Source: Ignavibacteriales bacterium
Lineage (GTDB): Bacteria; Bacteroidota; Ignavibacteria; UBA10030; UBA6906
Assembly: GCA_037441705.1 (NCBI GenBank)
Contig: JBBIRR010000023.1
Span: forward strand, 2,165-66,164
DNA: 64,000 nucleotides
Direction: 5' to 3'
Below the pieces are notes generated by a model, which worked only from the letters and a program-made list of their open reading frames with translations, ran no database searches and was not told the origin of the DNA. Of this stretch, positions 9,950-21,453 are shown piece by piece. The translations under genes were made by a program, and so were the position numbers. Numbering within the stretch: position 1 is the first letter of the stretch; every line of letters begins with the position of its first letter.

Positions 9950-10006
9950 CCGCTTCGCTCCGGCTTCTGGTGCCGCGCAACACGAAGCGGCACTCGCTGC
10001 GGAGCG
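9950..10006. terminator. Composite GC-rich stem-loops between convergent genes (terminator / REP-like)
   Basis: 9956-9962 pairs with 10000-10006 (7 bp) and encloses 9970-9976 paired with 9987-9993 (7 bp). An alternative pairing is 9950-9957 with 9983-9990 (8 bp). The element shares a CGCTTCGC core with those at 6697 and 8752. Confidence 0.4.
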
Positions 10007-10072
10007 GGTCTGTTGCATTGCTGTTTATTGCACTCCCCGGCGGTGCCGCTCGTGTGTGCCTGCACTCTTCGG

Positions 10073-10777
10073 CTACTGTTTCTTGAGCTGCGCAATCCTT
10101 GCAGCGACAAGCTCCCTCTGTTCTGTTGTGAGGTCGGGACGCTGCGAGAGCGTGATGTACTCATTCAACGCTTCGCCCTTCAGGCCGGATTTCTCCAGCG
10201 CTTCGGCAATCAGCAGGCGGTTTTCGAACTGCGCCAGCGGAGGGTACCGCCGCAGCACATCCATAGCCCTGAGCGCGCTCGTCGAGTAGAAACCGTTGTT
10301 GTACAGCACCCGCGTGCCGTTCAGCTGGAACCTTCCGACCTCGAGGTCACCATCGCCTGCTGCGGCGCTTCGTTCCCTGTCCTCTCCCCTGAACGCCGTC
10401 GTTCCGGGAATATCGAGTTCTTTCTTCTTCCACTCGTACGACGAGGCGCGCACGCGTTCCATCGTCAGCTTCAGCATCAACTCCTCGGGCGTGAGCTGGC
10501 GAATGTCGGAGATATCCACGATCACTTCGGAGGGAAGGGAGATTTTCTTGTTCAAAGCCGGAAGCACGATCACTGCCGTGCTCTGTTTGCCGATTTTGAT
10601 CGTCGCATCAGGGCTGAGCGGTTCGCCTGCGCGCGCCTTGACCCACGTTTCCGCCACGCCCGGACGAATGAGCACCTCGCCCTGTGCTTTTTGCAGCGTG
10701 ATCTGCTCGCCTCCCCACACGATGGACGCGCAGAGCATGGTGAGCAGAAAAGCAATCACGGTTCGTAATCCTCTCAT
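10073..10777 (-). CDS. Secreted FecR-domain-like protein with helical/TPR-like C-terminus
   Basis: ORF 10073..10783. The second ATG at 10777 is better spaced from AAAGGAG. There is a signal peptide, and GEVLIRPGVAETWVKARAGEPLSPDATIKIGKQSTAVIV resembles the FecR sensor domain. The C-terminus is helical. Confidence 0.6.
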   Translation of the reverse strand: MRGLRTVIAFLLTMLCASIVWGGEQITLQKAQGEVLIRPGVAETWVKARAGEPLSPDATIKIGKQSTAVIVLPALNKKISLPSEVIVDISDIRQLTPEELMLKLTMERVRASSYEWKKKELDIPGTTAFRGEDRERSAAAGDGDLEVGRFQLNGTRVLYNNGFYSTSALRAMDVLRRYPPLAQFENRLLIAEALEKSGLKGEALNEYITLSQRPDLTTEQRELVAARIAQLKKQ

Positions 10778-10816
10778 ATCCATCTCCTTTCACTCCTGTT
10801 TCACATTCTTCTTTTG

Positions 10817-12817
10817 TCAGTTGACATCAACGATCCTTACCCAGCCTTTGATCAGGCCGAGATGGATTTCTCCATCCTCGAAATACTCCTGTGCCCCTAT
10901 CTCCCACGCGTGGTCAAAGCCTTTGGTAATGACGGTCGTTTCGATCGGGAGCCAGAGAGTTTCGCGACCCTGCGGGTTGCGGCGCACGACGTACCGCTTC
11001 GGGTTCTCGCTGATCAGGTGGGCGAAACGCGGTTCCACGCCGGTATCAAACATCAGGTAAATATGGCCGCGTTCCGGCGCCTCGGGCGGCACAACGTCAA
11101 TGAAGGCCGTCGAGATGCCGATGCTGCTGAGCAGCGAGGCGAAGCACACGGTCATATCATCGCAATCACCACTGCGCAGCGTTAACGTCTCGGACGGATA
11201 TTGAACGTAATCGGTGCTCAGCTTGGGATCACCCACATACACCAGCTTGCCGGCAAAGGCGTTGAACAGCAGCCGAGCCTTGTGCAGCGGTTCCAGCTCT
11301 CTCGGCACGCTCGCGAGAGAGTCCTTCATCTCCACCAACATCTCGCGTGTAAACCGAAGCACCTCCGGGTCTTCCGGCGTGACGAAGTGCCGCAGCGCGT
11401 GCACATCGCCGTCCCAATCGTTACGACCGTGAATCAAGACCTTCGTCTGCACGCGGTCGTCGTACTCTTCGGATGCCGTTGCCGTCACATACACGGTCGC
11501 TTCGCGCACGGTCAGCTTTGTGACCTCTTTGACCTGATCGTTCAAAACGGCAAGCAGCGGGATCTCTTTTTCCTCTCCCGGAGAAAGTGACACTGCATGC
11601 GTCTCGGTCGGTACATCCATGAATCGTTCGACGAAGAACCGCGCCCGGGCGCGAACCGGCGTATCCGACACATTCTTGACAATCACTCTGCCGAGCGGGC
11701 GAAATGCAAAGAGTTCATAGGAAGAGGGGTAGATGCCGCTCAGAATCTCCACGGACTGGATGCGGACGAGCGGCGTACGAATGTTCCCGAAGATCGCCTT
11801 CACCGTGAGCATCGCGCGATCTGTTGTGTAAGGATGCAGATCGAGTGCATGCAGCCGCGAGGCATCAAACGAGGCGAGGGTCGCCGTTCCGCTGTGGGTT
11901 TGTCTGTTCCGGAAGCGAAGATAGCCGGCATCCACCTCGAGGAACTCATACCGCCATCCCGCCCCGATGCTCCACGCGGAGAACGCGGGCGATTCGTCAC
12001 CATTCACATACACACCTGCCCGCAGCGCCAGCGAAGCTGCGGGAATCACCTCCATGCCGAACGCTCCCGATTCCAGTGTGCTTGCCTGCGCCACGAGACT
12101 GATAAACGGTGCCGGCATCAGGCGCACGCTCAATTCTGCCGAACGTTTGTCGGGCAGGGTAAACAGGTTAAGGTCCGACGGCAGCTCCTCGCGGATCGCA
12201 AGGAGATTTCGTCCGACCAGACCCAGCTGAAGTTCGGGCAGCGGAGTGTACAGGGCGCCGACATCAATCACACTCAGGCCGGCTTGTTCCGTACGAGGCG
12301 TTATGCGGGAGAAGTACACGTTACCTTCCTGCACTAACTCGTACTTCGTGTCGTTGACTTTGGTTTGACGGAAGCGTCCCGCAACACCGAGCGCAAACTC
12401 TGGCGCGAAGCGGTGTGCGTATGCGATGAGAAAATTTTCCTGGTAGGAGATGCGCTGCTGAATACTCGCCGGCGCGCCCGAGTCGCTGGTGACGACGATC
12501 GCGGGCAGGGCAAATTCCAACAATGCACCGGGCATGTAGGCAAGGGTCACCGCCTCGTTCTCAAGAAAACGCTTGCCCAGTGTCAGTCCCTGGAAGACAA
12601 ACCCCCCGGCGGAGATTGCGTTGTACGTCGTGGTGGAGAACTCCCAGTCGCGCATCGTGACGATGCCTGCCGGATTGCTCTCGAAGCTCCTGCTGTCGTT
12701 GACCGAAGCACCGTAGGCACCGAGCGCGAGGCTGCGGGCACTGAACAACGATTGCGCGGATGTTGACGACAACATCATGGTCAGCCCTATGGAAACAAAC
12801 AGACTGTTTCTGGTCAT
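10817..12817 (-). CDS. Fusion protein: N-terminal outer-membrane beta-barrel-like region plus C-terminal transglutaminase-like cysteine protease domain
   Basis: 666 aa with a signal peptide ending SAQS. The N-terminus ARSLALGAYGASVNDSRSFESNPAGI, followed by alternating beta-strand pattern, is typical of PorV/PorP/FadL-type barrels. The C-terminus has VQYPSETLTLRSGDCDDMTVCFASLLSSIGI (G-x-C core), then ERGHIYLMF (His) and a downstream Asp/Glu. Confidence 0.6.
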   Translation of the reverse strand: MTRNSLFVSIGLTMMLSSTSAQSLFSARSLALGAYGASVNDSRSFESNPAGIVTMRDWEFSTTTYNAISAGGFVFQGLTLGKRFLENEAVTLAYMPGALLEFALPAIVVTSDSGAPASIQQRISYQENFLIAYAHRFAPEFALGVAGRFRQTKVNDTKYELVQEGNVYFSRITPRTEQAGLSVIDVGALYTPLPELQLGLVGRNLLAIREELPSDLNLFTLPDKRSAELSVRLMPAPFISLVAQASTLESGAFGMEVIPAASLALRAGVYVNGDESPAFSAWSIGAGWRYEFLEVDAGYLRFRNRQTHSGTATLASFDASRLHALDLHPYTTDRAMLTVKAIFGNIRTPLVRIQSVEILSGIYPSSYELFAFRPLGRVIVKNVSDTPVRARARFFVERFMDVPTETHAVSLSPGEEKEIPLLAVLNDQVKEVTKLTVREATVYVTATASEEYDDRVQTKVLIHGRNDWDGDVHALRHFVTPEDPEVLRFTREMLVEMKDSLASVPRELEPLHKARLLFNAFAGKLVYVGDPKLSTDYVQYPSETLTLRSGDCDDMTVCFASLLSSIGISTAFIDVVPPEAPERGHIYLMFDTGVEPRFAHLISENPKRYVVRRNPQGRETLWLPIETTVITKGFDHAWEIGAQEYFEDGEIHLGLIKGWVRIVDVN

Positions 12818-12832
12818 ACACCTCGCAGGTAG

Positions 12833-13684
12833 TTAGCGCAATTCGACCACGATGTTGTGAAGAGAAGACGCTTGAAGCAATACCAGTCCGCCGTAGCGAC
12901 CGGGAAGCGGGCGTTCGTCGCGATTGGTGATGGCAAACGTGAAGACGTACGCGCCGCGCGGTAAGCCGTTCAGGATTCGCTTCGGGATGAGAGCACGTCC
13001 CTCGTTTCTTCGAGGACGAAACGCCAGCAGCGGCGTTGTGTGAAACTGCCCGCTCTCCACCCGTAATGCACTGACGATGATCTTGAGATGGCCTCGTCCC
13101 CTCCAGCGCAACGGAAGATCACGATCGCGCAGCACCACGGTTCCCGACACCGGGGCCTCGACCGTGACAACGTCGGAGGCCGTCAACGACAGGGAACCGA
13201 TCGAATCAGCCGAGAACGTGTAGGTTCGATCCGGCTCGTAGGTCGGCACTTCGCGAACATACTCGAAACCGGCAGAAACCAGGCCGCCCAACAATCGTTC
13301 TCGTGGAATCATGAACGCCCCGTCAATGCGCACAAGCCCGAGCCGGTAGCCGATGAACATCCGACGTCCGTTGAAGGTGACCGGACGTCGCTTGTCTTCG
13401 ATGACGACGCGGCCAACCACGGTTGTACGCGAGAGATTCCCGATATCCGTCCGAATGGACGTCAGCGTCACGAAGCCGGCATAGTCCTGCTGCTCGCGCG
13501 GCAGTAAGGCCGTCGAATCTACTGCAGCGCGGTCGAAGGAGCCGTCCGGGTCGTTCACCGTCTCAAGGTCAATCTGCGTCTCGTCACCCGTAAGCTGCAC
13601 TTCGGTCGGCTTCTGGCAGCCAACCAAGAGCAGGACAACGCTCGCCGCTATTGCTATCGCCGTTTTCATGATGCTGCCGTCCAT
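12833..13684 (-). CDS. Lipoprotein of unknown function
   Basis: 283-aa ORF; an alternative ATG at 13669 gives MKTAIAIAASVVLLLVGCQ with a lipobox (LVGC). I recognise no family. Confidence 0.7.
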   Translation of the reverse strand: MDGSIMKTAIAIAASVVLLLVGCQKPTEVQLTGDETQIDLETVNDPDGSFDRAAVDSTALLPREQQDYAGFVTLTSIRTDIGNLSRTTVVGRVVIEDKRRPVTFNGRRMFIGYRLGLVRIDGAFMIPRERLLGGLVSAGFEYVREVPTYEPDRTYTFSADSIGSLSLTASDVVTVEAPVSGTVVLRDRDLPLRWRGRGHLKIIVSALRVESGQFHTTPLLAFRPRRNEGRALIPKRILNGLPRGAYVFTFAITNRDERPLPGRYGGLVLLQASSLHNIVVELR

Positions 13685-13804
13685 TCGAGGACAATTACTT
13701 CAAATCGTCTTTCAATTTCAATGGTCAAATCGGCTAACCCACCTGCACGAATCGCCTCCCGACCGGCATCGGCCGAGAGGCGATATCCCACCACCACGTG
13801 CACG

Positions 13805-14776
13805 TTAGAATACTCGATACGGAACGCCCCACCAGCTGACGCTGTAGGCGGTTGGATCGTCATCGAACAACGTCTCTTTGGTAGCAGCATCAACGGCGGC
13901 ATGGAAGAATCCGGGCCGCGGATGCACATAGAAGGTGCGTTCGTAGACCTTCACATTGCCGTTCTGCGAAACGAGGAACATCCGCGCACGCGCTCTGTAC
14001 AGGTTGTTGACTCCGAAGCGCAGCGCGACGAGATCCGTATCGGGCGAGGTGCTCGTCAGCGTCACACGTACCTTCACCGAATCGCCGCCGTTGAACTCGG
14101 CAACATCGCGATCACGGTGGAACATGTCTCGGTTCCCGTAGAACGGACGCAGCCAGCGGTAGCGGAGGTAGAAGTTCAGCGGGTCCGAAACGGTAATCGT
14201 GTCGCGGCGACCGATCAGTTGAATCTGCGTGATCGAAATGTCGCCGTTGGGTGTGCCGCCGGCAACGAGCGAGGTCGCAACCGGAATCCAGTTCCTCCAG
14301 AATCGCGGCCCGCGCAGCACACGCTTGAACACAACGTTGCGGTCGGACTCATCGCTGAACGGCTTCTCGACGAGAATCGTATCGCCGTTGGCGTTGATGG
14401 CTCGAATCTTCAGCGTGCCATTGATGACTTTGTGGACATGAGCAATGGCGATGGTGTCACCGGGCTGAATCGTAACCGTCACGGTGCGCGTCACGCTGCT
14501 GATGAATCGGCCCCACCGCAGCGGCGTGATGGGAGCGTTGATCTTGCCGGCGAGGTAGCCGTAATCGGTCAGTTGAACCTCCTGGTCGGCAAAGGTTTGC
14601 TCATCGTTCTTGACGAACTCATCGTTGATGGCGTTGTAGATGATCGCGCTGCGTTCGTCGGTCACGCCGGGCGGAGCGGTTTCCTCATCGGGACCGTTCG
14701 CATTCTTGTTGCAGCCAACGACCAGCAACCCTACTGTTGCGGCCATCGTCCAGAGCAGAGCAAGAGACTTCTTCAT
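13805..14776 (-). CDS. Lipoprotein of unknown function (first gene of the putative sigma-54 operon)
   Basis: 323 aa starting at ATG 14776, with a strong AAGGAGG 7 nt upstream. Signal and lipobox are MKKSLALLWTMAATVGLLVVGCN. I recognise no family. Confidence 0.75.
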   Translation of the reverse strand: MKKSLALLWTMAATVGLLVVGCNKNANGPDEETAPPGVTDERSAIIYNAINDEFVKNDEQTFADQEVQLTDYGYLAGKINAPITPLRWGRFISSVTRTVTVTIQPGDTIAIAHVHKVINGTLKIRAINANGDTILVEKPFSDESDRNVVFKRVLRGPRFWRNWIPVATSLVAGGTPNGDISITQIQLIGRRDTITVSDPLNFYLRYRWLRPFYGNRDMFHRDRDVAEFNGGDSVKVRVTLTSTSPDTDLVALRFGVNNLYRARARMFLVSQNGNVKVYERTFYVHPRPGFFHAAVDAATKETLFDDDPTAYSVSWWGVPYRVF

Positions 14777-14857
14777 AGCTTCCTCCTTGTTTTGTTAGTT
14801 GGTTGTTTTTTTAGTTTGACAACAGACCGTTCTCTTCGTTTAGCTGCCGAAGAGAAG

Positions 14858-14873
14858 TTCAACCGTCGTGCCA
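14858..14873 (-). promoter_or_regulatory. Candidate sigma-54 (-24/-12) promoter
   Basis: The minus strand reads TGGCACGACGGTTGAA against consensus TGGCACG-N4-TTGCW. The only mismatch is A for the -12 C. It sits 82-97 nt upstream of ATG 14776 and directly downstream of a sigma-54 activator gene. Confidence 0.55.
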
Positions 14874-14911
14874 GGCCGTGGTTCCGGCAGAGAGATGGAT
14901 GGTGGACGTTC

Positions 14912-14924
14912 TAACCTGTTGATT
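14912..14924 (-). promoter_or_regulatory. IHF-consensus-like site between the candidate UAS and the -24/-12 element
   Basis: The minus strand reads AATCAACAGGTTA, which fits WATCAANNNNTTR. This is a degenerate motif, so a chance match is plausible. Confidence 0.25.
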
Positions 14925-14971
14925 CTCAATAAGAAAGCTATCCGGAGCCAATCACCGTCCAGCCCCGAAAA

Positions 14972-15000
14972 TGCGGGAATTGCGAGACGAAGTGCGGGAA
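14972..15000. promoter_or_regulatory. Direct repeats TGCGGGAA x2 spaced 21 bp apart (candidate activator-binding UAS)
   Basis: TGCGGGAA occurs at 14972-14979 and 14993-15000, two helical turns apart and about 100-140 nt upstream of the -24/-12 element. Confidence 0.3.
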
Positions 15001-15032
15001 GCGTACGATCCAAGCACAGAACCGGTGGCTTC

Positions 15033-17650
<2,618 letters not shown>

Positions 17651-17654
<4 letters not shown>

Positions 17655-18859
17655 CGGCTGAGCCAGTGTTCCGGGTTTTGCTTTTCGCGATCCTTCCACA
17701 GCTCAAAATGCAAGCGCGGGCCGTCAATAGCCTCGCCGCTTGTCCCGATCCGCTCGCCTTCTTTTACTTTCTGCCCTTCGGCAACAAGAATTTCGGACAG
17801 GTGCGTGTACACGGTGCGGTAACCATCATAATGGTTGATGATGAGAAGATTCCCGTACGAAGGATACCAGAGGATCATGGAAACCTCTCCCTCTGCGACG
17901 CTGACGACCGGCGAGCCGGCCTTCACCTGAATGTCGATGCCCGTGTTGACCGTAACGGTTTTGAGCCGCGGATGAACCTGATTGCCGAACTTCGCGACCA
18001 CCACGCCTTCGCTGACCGGCCAGCGCAGCTTTCCCTTCTTCGCGGCAAACGTTCCGACGGTGGGCGGCGGTTGCGGCAGCTTTCGTTCCCGCAATTCCGC
18101 CTCACGTTTTTCCTTCCGCAGCCGCTCTGCCTCGATCAGACTCGCAATAACATTCTCCAGATCCTTTGCTGCCTGCTTCTGGCGCTCGACCTCGCGCTGC
18201 AGCATTCTTTTGTCTTTTCGGATGTCGGCAAGAATCGCTTTTCGCTCCGCCGTCAGCGCCGCAAGCCGGTCCTCCTCTTCGGCCTTTTCGGCAATCAGCC
18301 TGCGCTCCTCGGCAAGCTGCAATTGAAGCCGGTACTGCGCCTGTTCGATTTCAGTGCGTTTGTGCCCGATTTTCTCCGCGTCCCGTTTGCGCTGTTCGGT
18401 GAAGCGGCGGAGATAATAGGATCGAACCGAAAACTGATTGATGGAAGCCGATGAAAGCAGCAGTTCAAGGTCATAGGCTTTGCCGGCCTTGTAGGCGGAG
18501 CGGACATAGTTTGCGTAGTGTCGTTTCAGAAAGCCGAGCTGGTTATCCAGCCTTGCCAGGTCGGCGCGGGTTCGTGCAATCGTATCCTGCAACTCCTCCT
18601 CCTCCGCACGCAACCGGCTCAGAAGCTTGCGCAGAAGCGTTGCCTTCCGGTCGTACGCATCGAGCAGCTCCAGCGTCGCCTTTTCTTTGGACTGCTGCTG
18701 CCTGATCTTCTGCTCATATTCCTGAATCTGCTTGCGAATGTTCTGCAGTTCGGCCTGCCGCGTGCGGATTTCTTCCTGTTCGGAGCCGGGAGCCGACAGG
18801 ACGATCAAGAGAACACAACACGCCACACTATGCATCGGCCGGCATCGCATGGGCATCAT
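17651..18859 (-). CDS. M23 family metallopeptidase with N-terminal coiled coil (EnvC-like murein hydrolase activator)
   Basis: 402 aa with a signal peptide and a long Q/E/K/R-rich coiled coil. The C-terminal LytM domain shows [31 protein letters not shown] and GPRLHFELW. Confidence 0.85.
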
Positions 18860-19632
18860 CGGACCACTCGCCGTGCGTTGTCGGGGATCGTGAAGCGGAA
18901 ATGAGTTTCGTGCGGATTCAGCCGCAGCGCGTTGTACGCAATCGAGAGCCGGCGGCGCTCCTGCGGAAAGACAATGCGCACGCGCCGCGCCCAGGAAATT
19001 CCCTGTTCATCCACAAACGATGAAGCGCTCGCCTCAACAAGCAGATCGCCGTGCTTGTCTCGTACCTCGTAGCGCGTCACCAACAGATAGCGCGGATCAA
19101 CCGTGTACGTGCACGTGTTGACACCGCACCGGTAGGTCAGAAGAAATTGCTCGTCTTCCACCCGATAGTCTATCAGCTCTTCACCGTTGGTTGGCGCAGG
19201 AAACACGCCGCTGAACGCGCTGAGAATCTGTTCGTACGTGAGATCAAACGGAATGATGGAACGGATGCGCGCGTGGTTCGGATTTCCCATCACCACCGTG
19301 TTTTCGAGACTGTTGTACACGACGTAGGTGTCTTTGCAGAGAAAGAACGTGCCGACGTCGATGCCGAACGGGCCTTCGAACGTCACCAACAGCGAGTCGG
19401 GTTTCTTGAGATTGGACTCGAAGGCGGCGCTGCCGGCAAGGTCGGGACTGTCGAACGTGATAATTCCGCTGCCGGTTGCGGAGAAGATCTTCCGACCGTT
19501 CTCTTCTACGAGCGACCGCAGAAGCTCCGGCGAAGTCACCTTCGTGTCCAGCATTACCGCGGCACGCTTCGGCGAGCAGGAAACCAGCACCGCGGCAAGG
19601 GCAAGGAGGAGGAGGGCGCGCATGGGGGTCAT
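18856..19632 (-). CDS. Lipoprotein, LolB/DUF4292-like (putative)
   Basis: ORF 18856..19701. The ATG at 19632 overlaps the upstream stop by ATGA. Signal and lipobox are MTPMRALLLLALAAVLVSCS. The family name is recalled from its typical position between TPR and M23 genes in Bacteroidota and is not verified. Confidence 0.55.
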   Translation of the reverse strand: MTPMRALLLLALAAVLVSCSPKRAAVMLDTKVTSPELLRSLVEENGRKIFSATGSGIITFDSPDLAGSAAFESNLKKPDSLLVTFEGPFGIDVGTFFLCKDTYVVYNSLENTVVMGNPNHARIRSIIPFDLTYEQILSAFSGVFPAPTNGEELIDYRVEDEQFLLTYRCGVNTCTYTVDPRYLLVTRYEVRDKHGDLLVEASASSFVDEQGISWARRVRIVFPQERRRLSIAYNALRLNPHETHFRFTIPDNARRVVR

Positions 19633-21356
19633 CGCATCGAGCGGGAGATTTTTTCCTTCAACGCAGCGTTGTTGGCGTCGAGCTTCAAGGCAATGTTCCA
19701 TTGCTCTAATGCTCGTTCGGTGTCGTTCATGCGCGCGTACACATCGCCGAGGTGTTCGTACAACACCGCGCTGGCGTTCCCCTTCTCGATCGCCTTCTTA
19801 ATCCACTTCTCCGCTTCCGTGTAGTTGCCTAACTTGAAATACACCCAGCCGATGGTATCGAGGTAGGATTGGTTTTCGGGCTGCTGCTCCACGGCACGCT
19901 TCGCCATCTCTAACGACCGCTGCAGTTGAATCCCGCGCTCGGCCATGCTGTAGCTGTAGTTGTTCAGCAGAAGATGATTGTCGGGGGCCAGACGCAGCCC
20001 CTGTTCGTACAGCGAGTCTGATTCTTCGTACCTCTGCATGCCATCGTAGATGAGGGCAAGCTGGGAAATGGTGTTCAGGTCCTTCGGATCGAGCGTGTGG
20101 GCCTTCTCCAGCACGCGGATGGCATCGTCGGTTCGTCCTAACCGACTGTAGGCAATGCCGAGAATGGAGTTGACGCGCGGCTCATCCGGCAGCGTTCGCA
20201 GCGCGGCCTCCAACACTTTTACCACCGACTCGAAATCATTCTTTTCCAAGAACACGGAAGAGAGATACACCCAGCCGTCGGCATTCCAGCTTGCAAGCTC
20301 GGTCACCCGTTTGAAATTGATGAGCGAGAGAGAATCGTTGCGGGTGATGGCGCCGATCGCCCCGAGAAACCAGTAGGCGCGCCAGTCCTGCGGATGCTGC
20401 TTGCTGATGCGCTCGAAGATGCGCTGCGCCTGCGGAGCGAGCGTGGAATCTTTCTCCAACTGGCCGAAGTACAGTTCGCCGATGCGCAGCTTGTGCTCTA
20501 CCGACGCCGAGTCAACCGACAAGACCCGTTCGAATTGTTCGGCGGCCTTTGCGTACTCTTTCTGCGCCAGATACACGCCGCCTAATTCCGTAGCATATTC
20601 AAGATTCTCCGGGTCGCGCTCCTTCAAGTCTAAATACACCTTCAACGCTTCATCCATCCGGTCGGCGCGCATGTAGGCACGTGCAAGGCTCTGGAGGAGG
20701 TCGAGATTGCCCGGGTCCAACTCCACCATCCGCTTCATCGCGTCGGCAGCCTTGCCAAACTCGCCCATGGCGTTGTAGAGTTCCACCACCTGCAGCAGCA
20801 CCTCCCATTGCGGTCCGAAGCGCTGCATGATCTCGTCGTACGTTTCGAGGGCCTTCTGGGGATTGCGTACCTGAAGCAGCCGGGCAAGATTGAACCACGA
20901 TTGGATGTTGGAAGAATCGCGCCGGATGATCTCTTGATACACCGCCACGGCAGAATCCAACTCGAACACCTGCACAAACGAAGCGGCAAGGAGCTCACGG
21001 TATTCGATGTTTGCCGGATCAAGACGCACGGCGGTACGGGCATGCTCGATGGCAAGCGAATGTTTGTTCAGCGCCCCATAGTTCTTGGCGAGAGCGTAAT
21101 AGATGCCCGCGCTCTTTTCATACCGCAGCGCATCCTGAAATTCCAACACCGCCTGCGCATGCTCTCCCTTCATTTCATAGAGCGAGCCGTTGATCACATG
21201 CTGCGTTGCCAGCTCATGCGCCGTCGAGCTGGGCTGTTCGGGTACGTTCTCCGTCGGGACAGGCGCTGCCTGCTTGCTTCCCGAACATCCCGCCGCGCCC
21301 AGCATCACAACGAACAGGACAGGAAATACCTTGGTCACTCCTCCATTCCGTTCCAT
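19629..21356 (-). CDS. Tetratricopeptide-repeat lipoprotein
   Basis: 575 aa with lipobox LGAAGCSG and more than 10 TPR-like units (recurring A..Y..A/L...P patterns throughout). Confidence 0.8.
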   Translation of the reverse strand: MERNGGVTKVFPVLFVVMLGAAGCSGSKQAAPVPTENVPEQPSSTAHELATQHVINGSLYEMKGEHAQAVLEFQDALRYEKSAGIYYALAKNYGALNKHSLAIEHARTAVRLDPANIEYRELLAASFVQVFELDSAVAVYQEIIRRDSSNIQSWFNLARLLQVRNPQKALETYDEIMQRFGPQWEVLLQVVELYNAMGEFGKAADAMKRMVELDPGNLDLLQSLARAYMRADRMDEALKVYLDLKERDPENLEYATELGGVYLAQKEYAKAAEQFERVLSVDSASVEHKLRIGELYFGQLEKDSTLAPQAQRIFERISKQHPQDWRAYWFLGAIGAITRNDSLSLINFKRVTELASWNADGWVYLSSVFLEKNDFESVVKVLEAALRTLPDEPRVNSILGIAYSRLGRTDDAIRVLEKAHTLDPKDLNTISQLALIYDGMQRYEESDSLYEQGLRLAPDNHLLLNNYSYSMAERGIQLQRSLEMAKRAVEQQPENQSYLDTIGWVYFKLGNYTEAEKWIKKAIEKGNASAVLYEHLGDVYARMNDTERALEQWNIALKLDANNAALKEKISRSMR

Positions 21357-21453
21357 AATGGTTCCGTGAAAAAAATATATCCATAACGTGGTTGAATAAC
21401 AAGGAAGGGAAACGGAGTGAACGCAGGCGCCGGCAGCGAATCGCTACCGAATC

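Noticed and set aside
14830-14856. The 9-bp stem hairpin as a 5'-UTR RNA stabiliser of the sigma-54 transcript.
   Set aside because: - If transcription starts about 12 nt downstream of the -12 element, the left arm would not be transcribed. The RNA-hairpin reading fails.
- I kept it only as a DNA inverted repeat at +1 (see the promoter finding).
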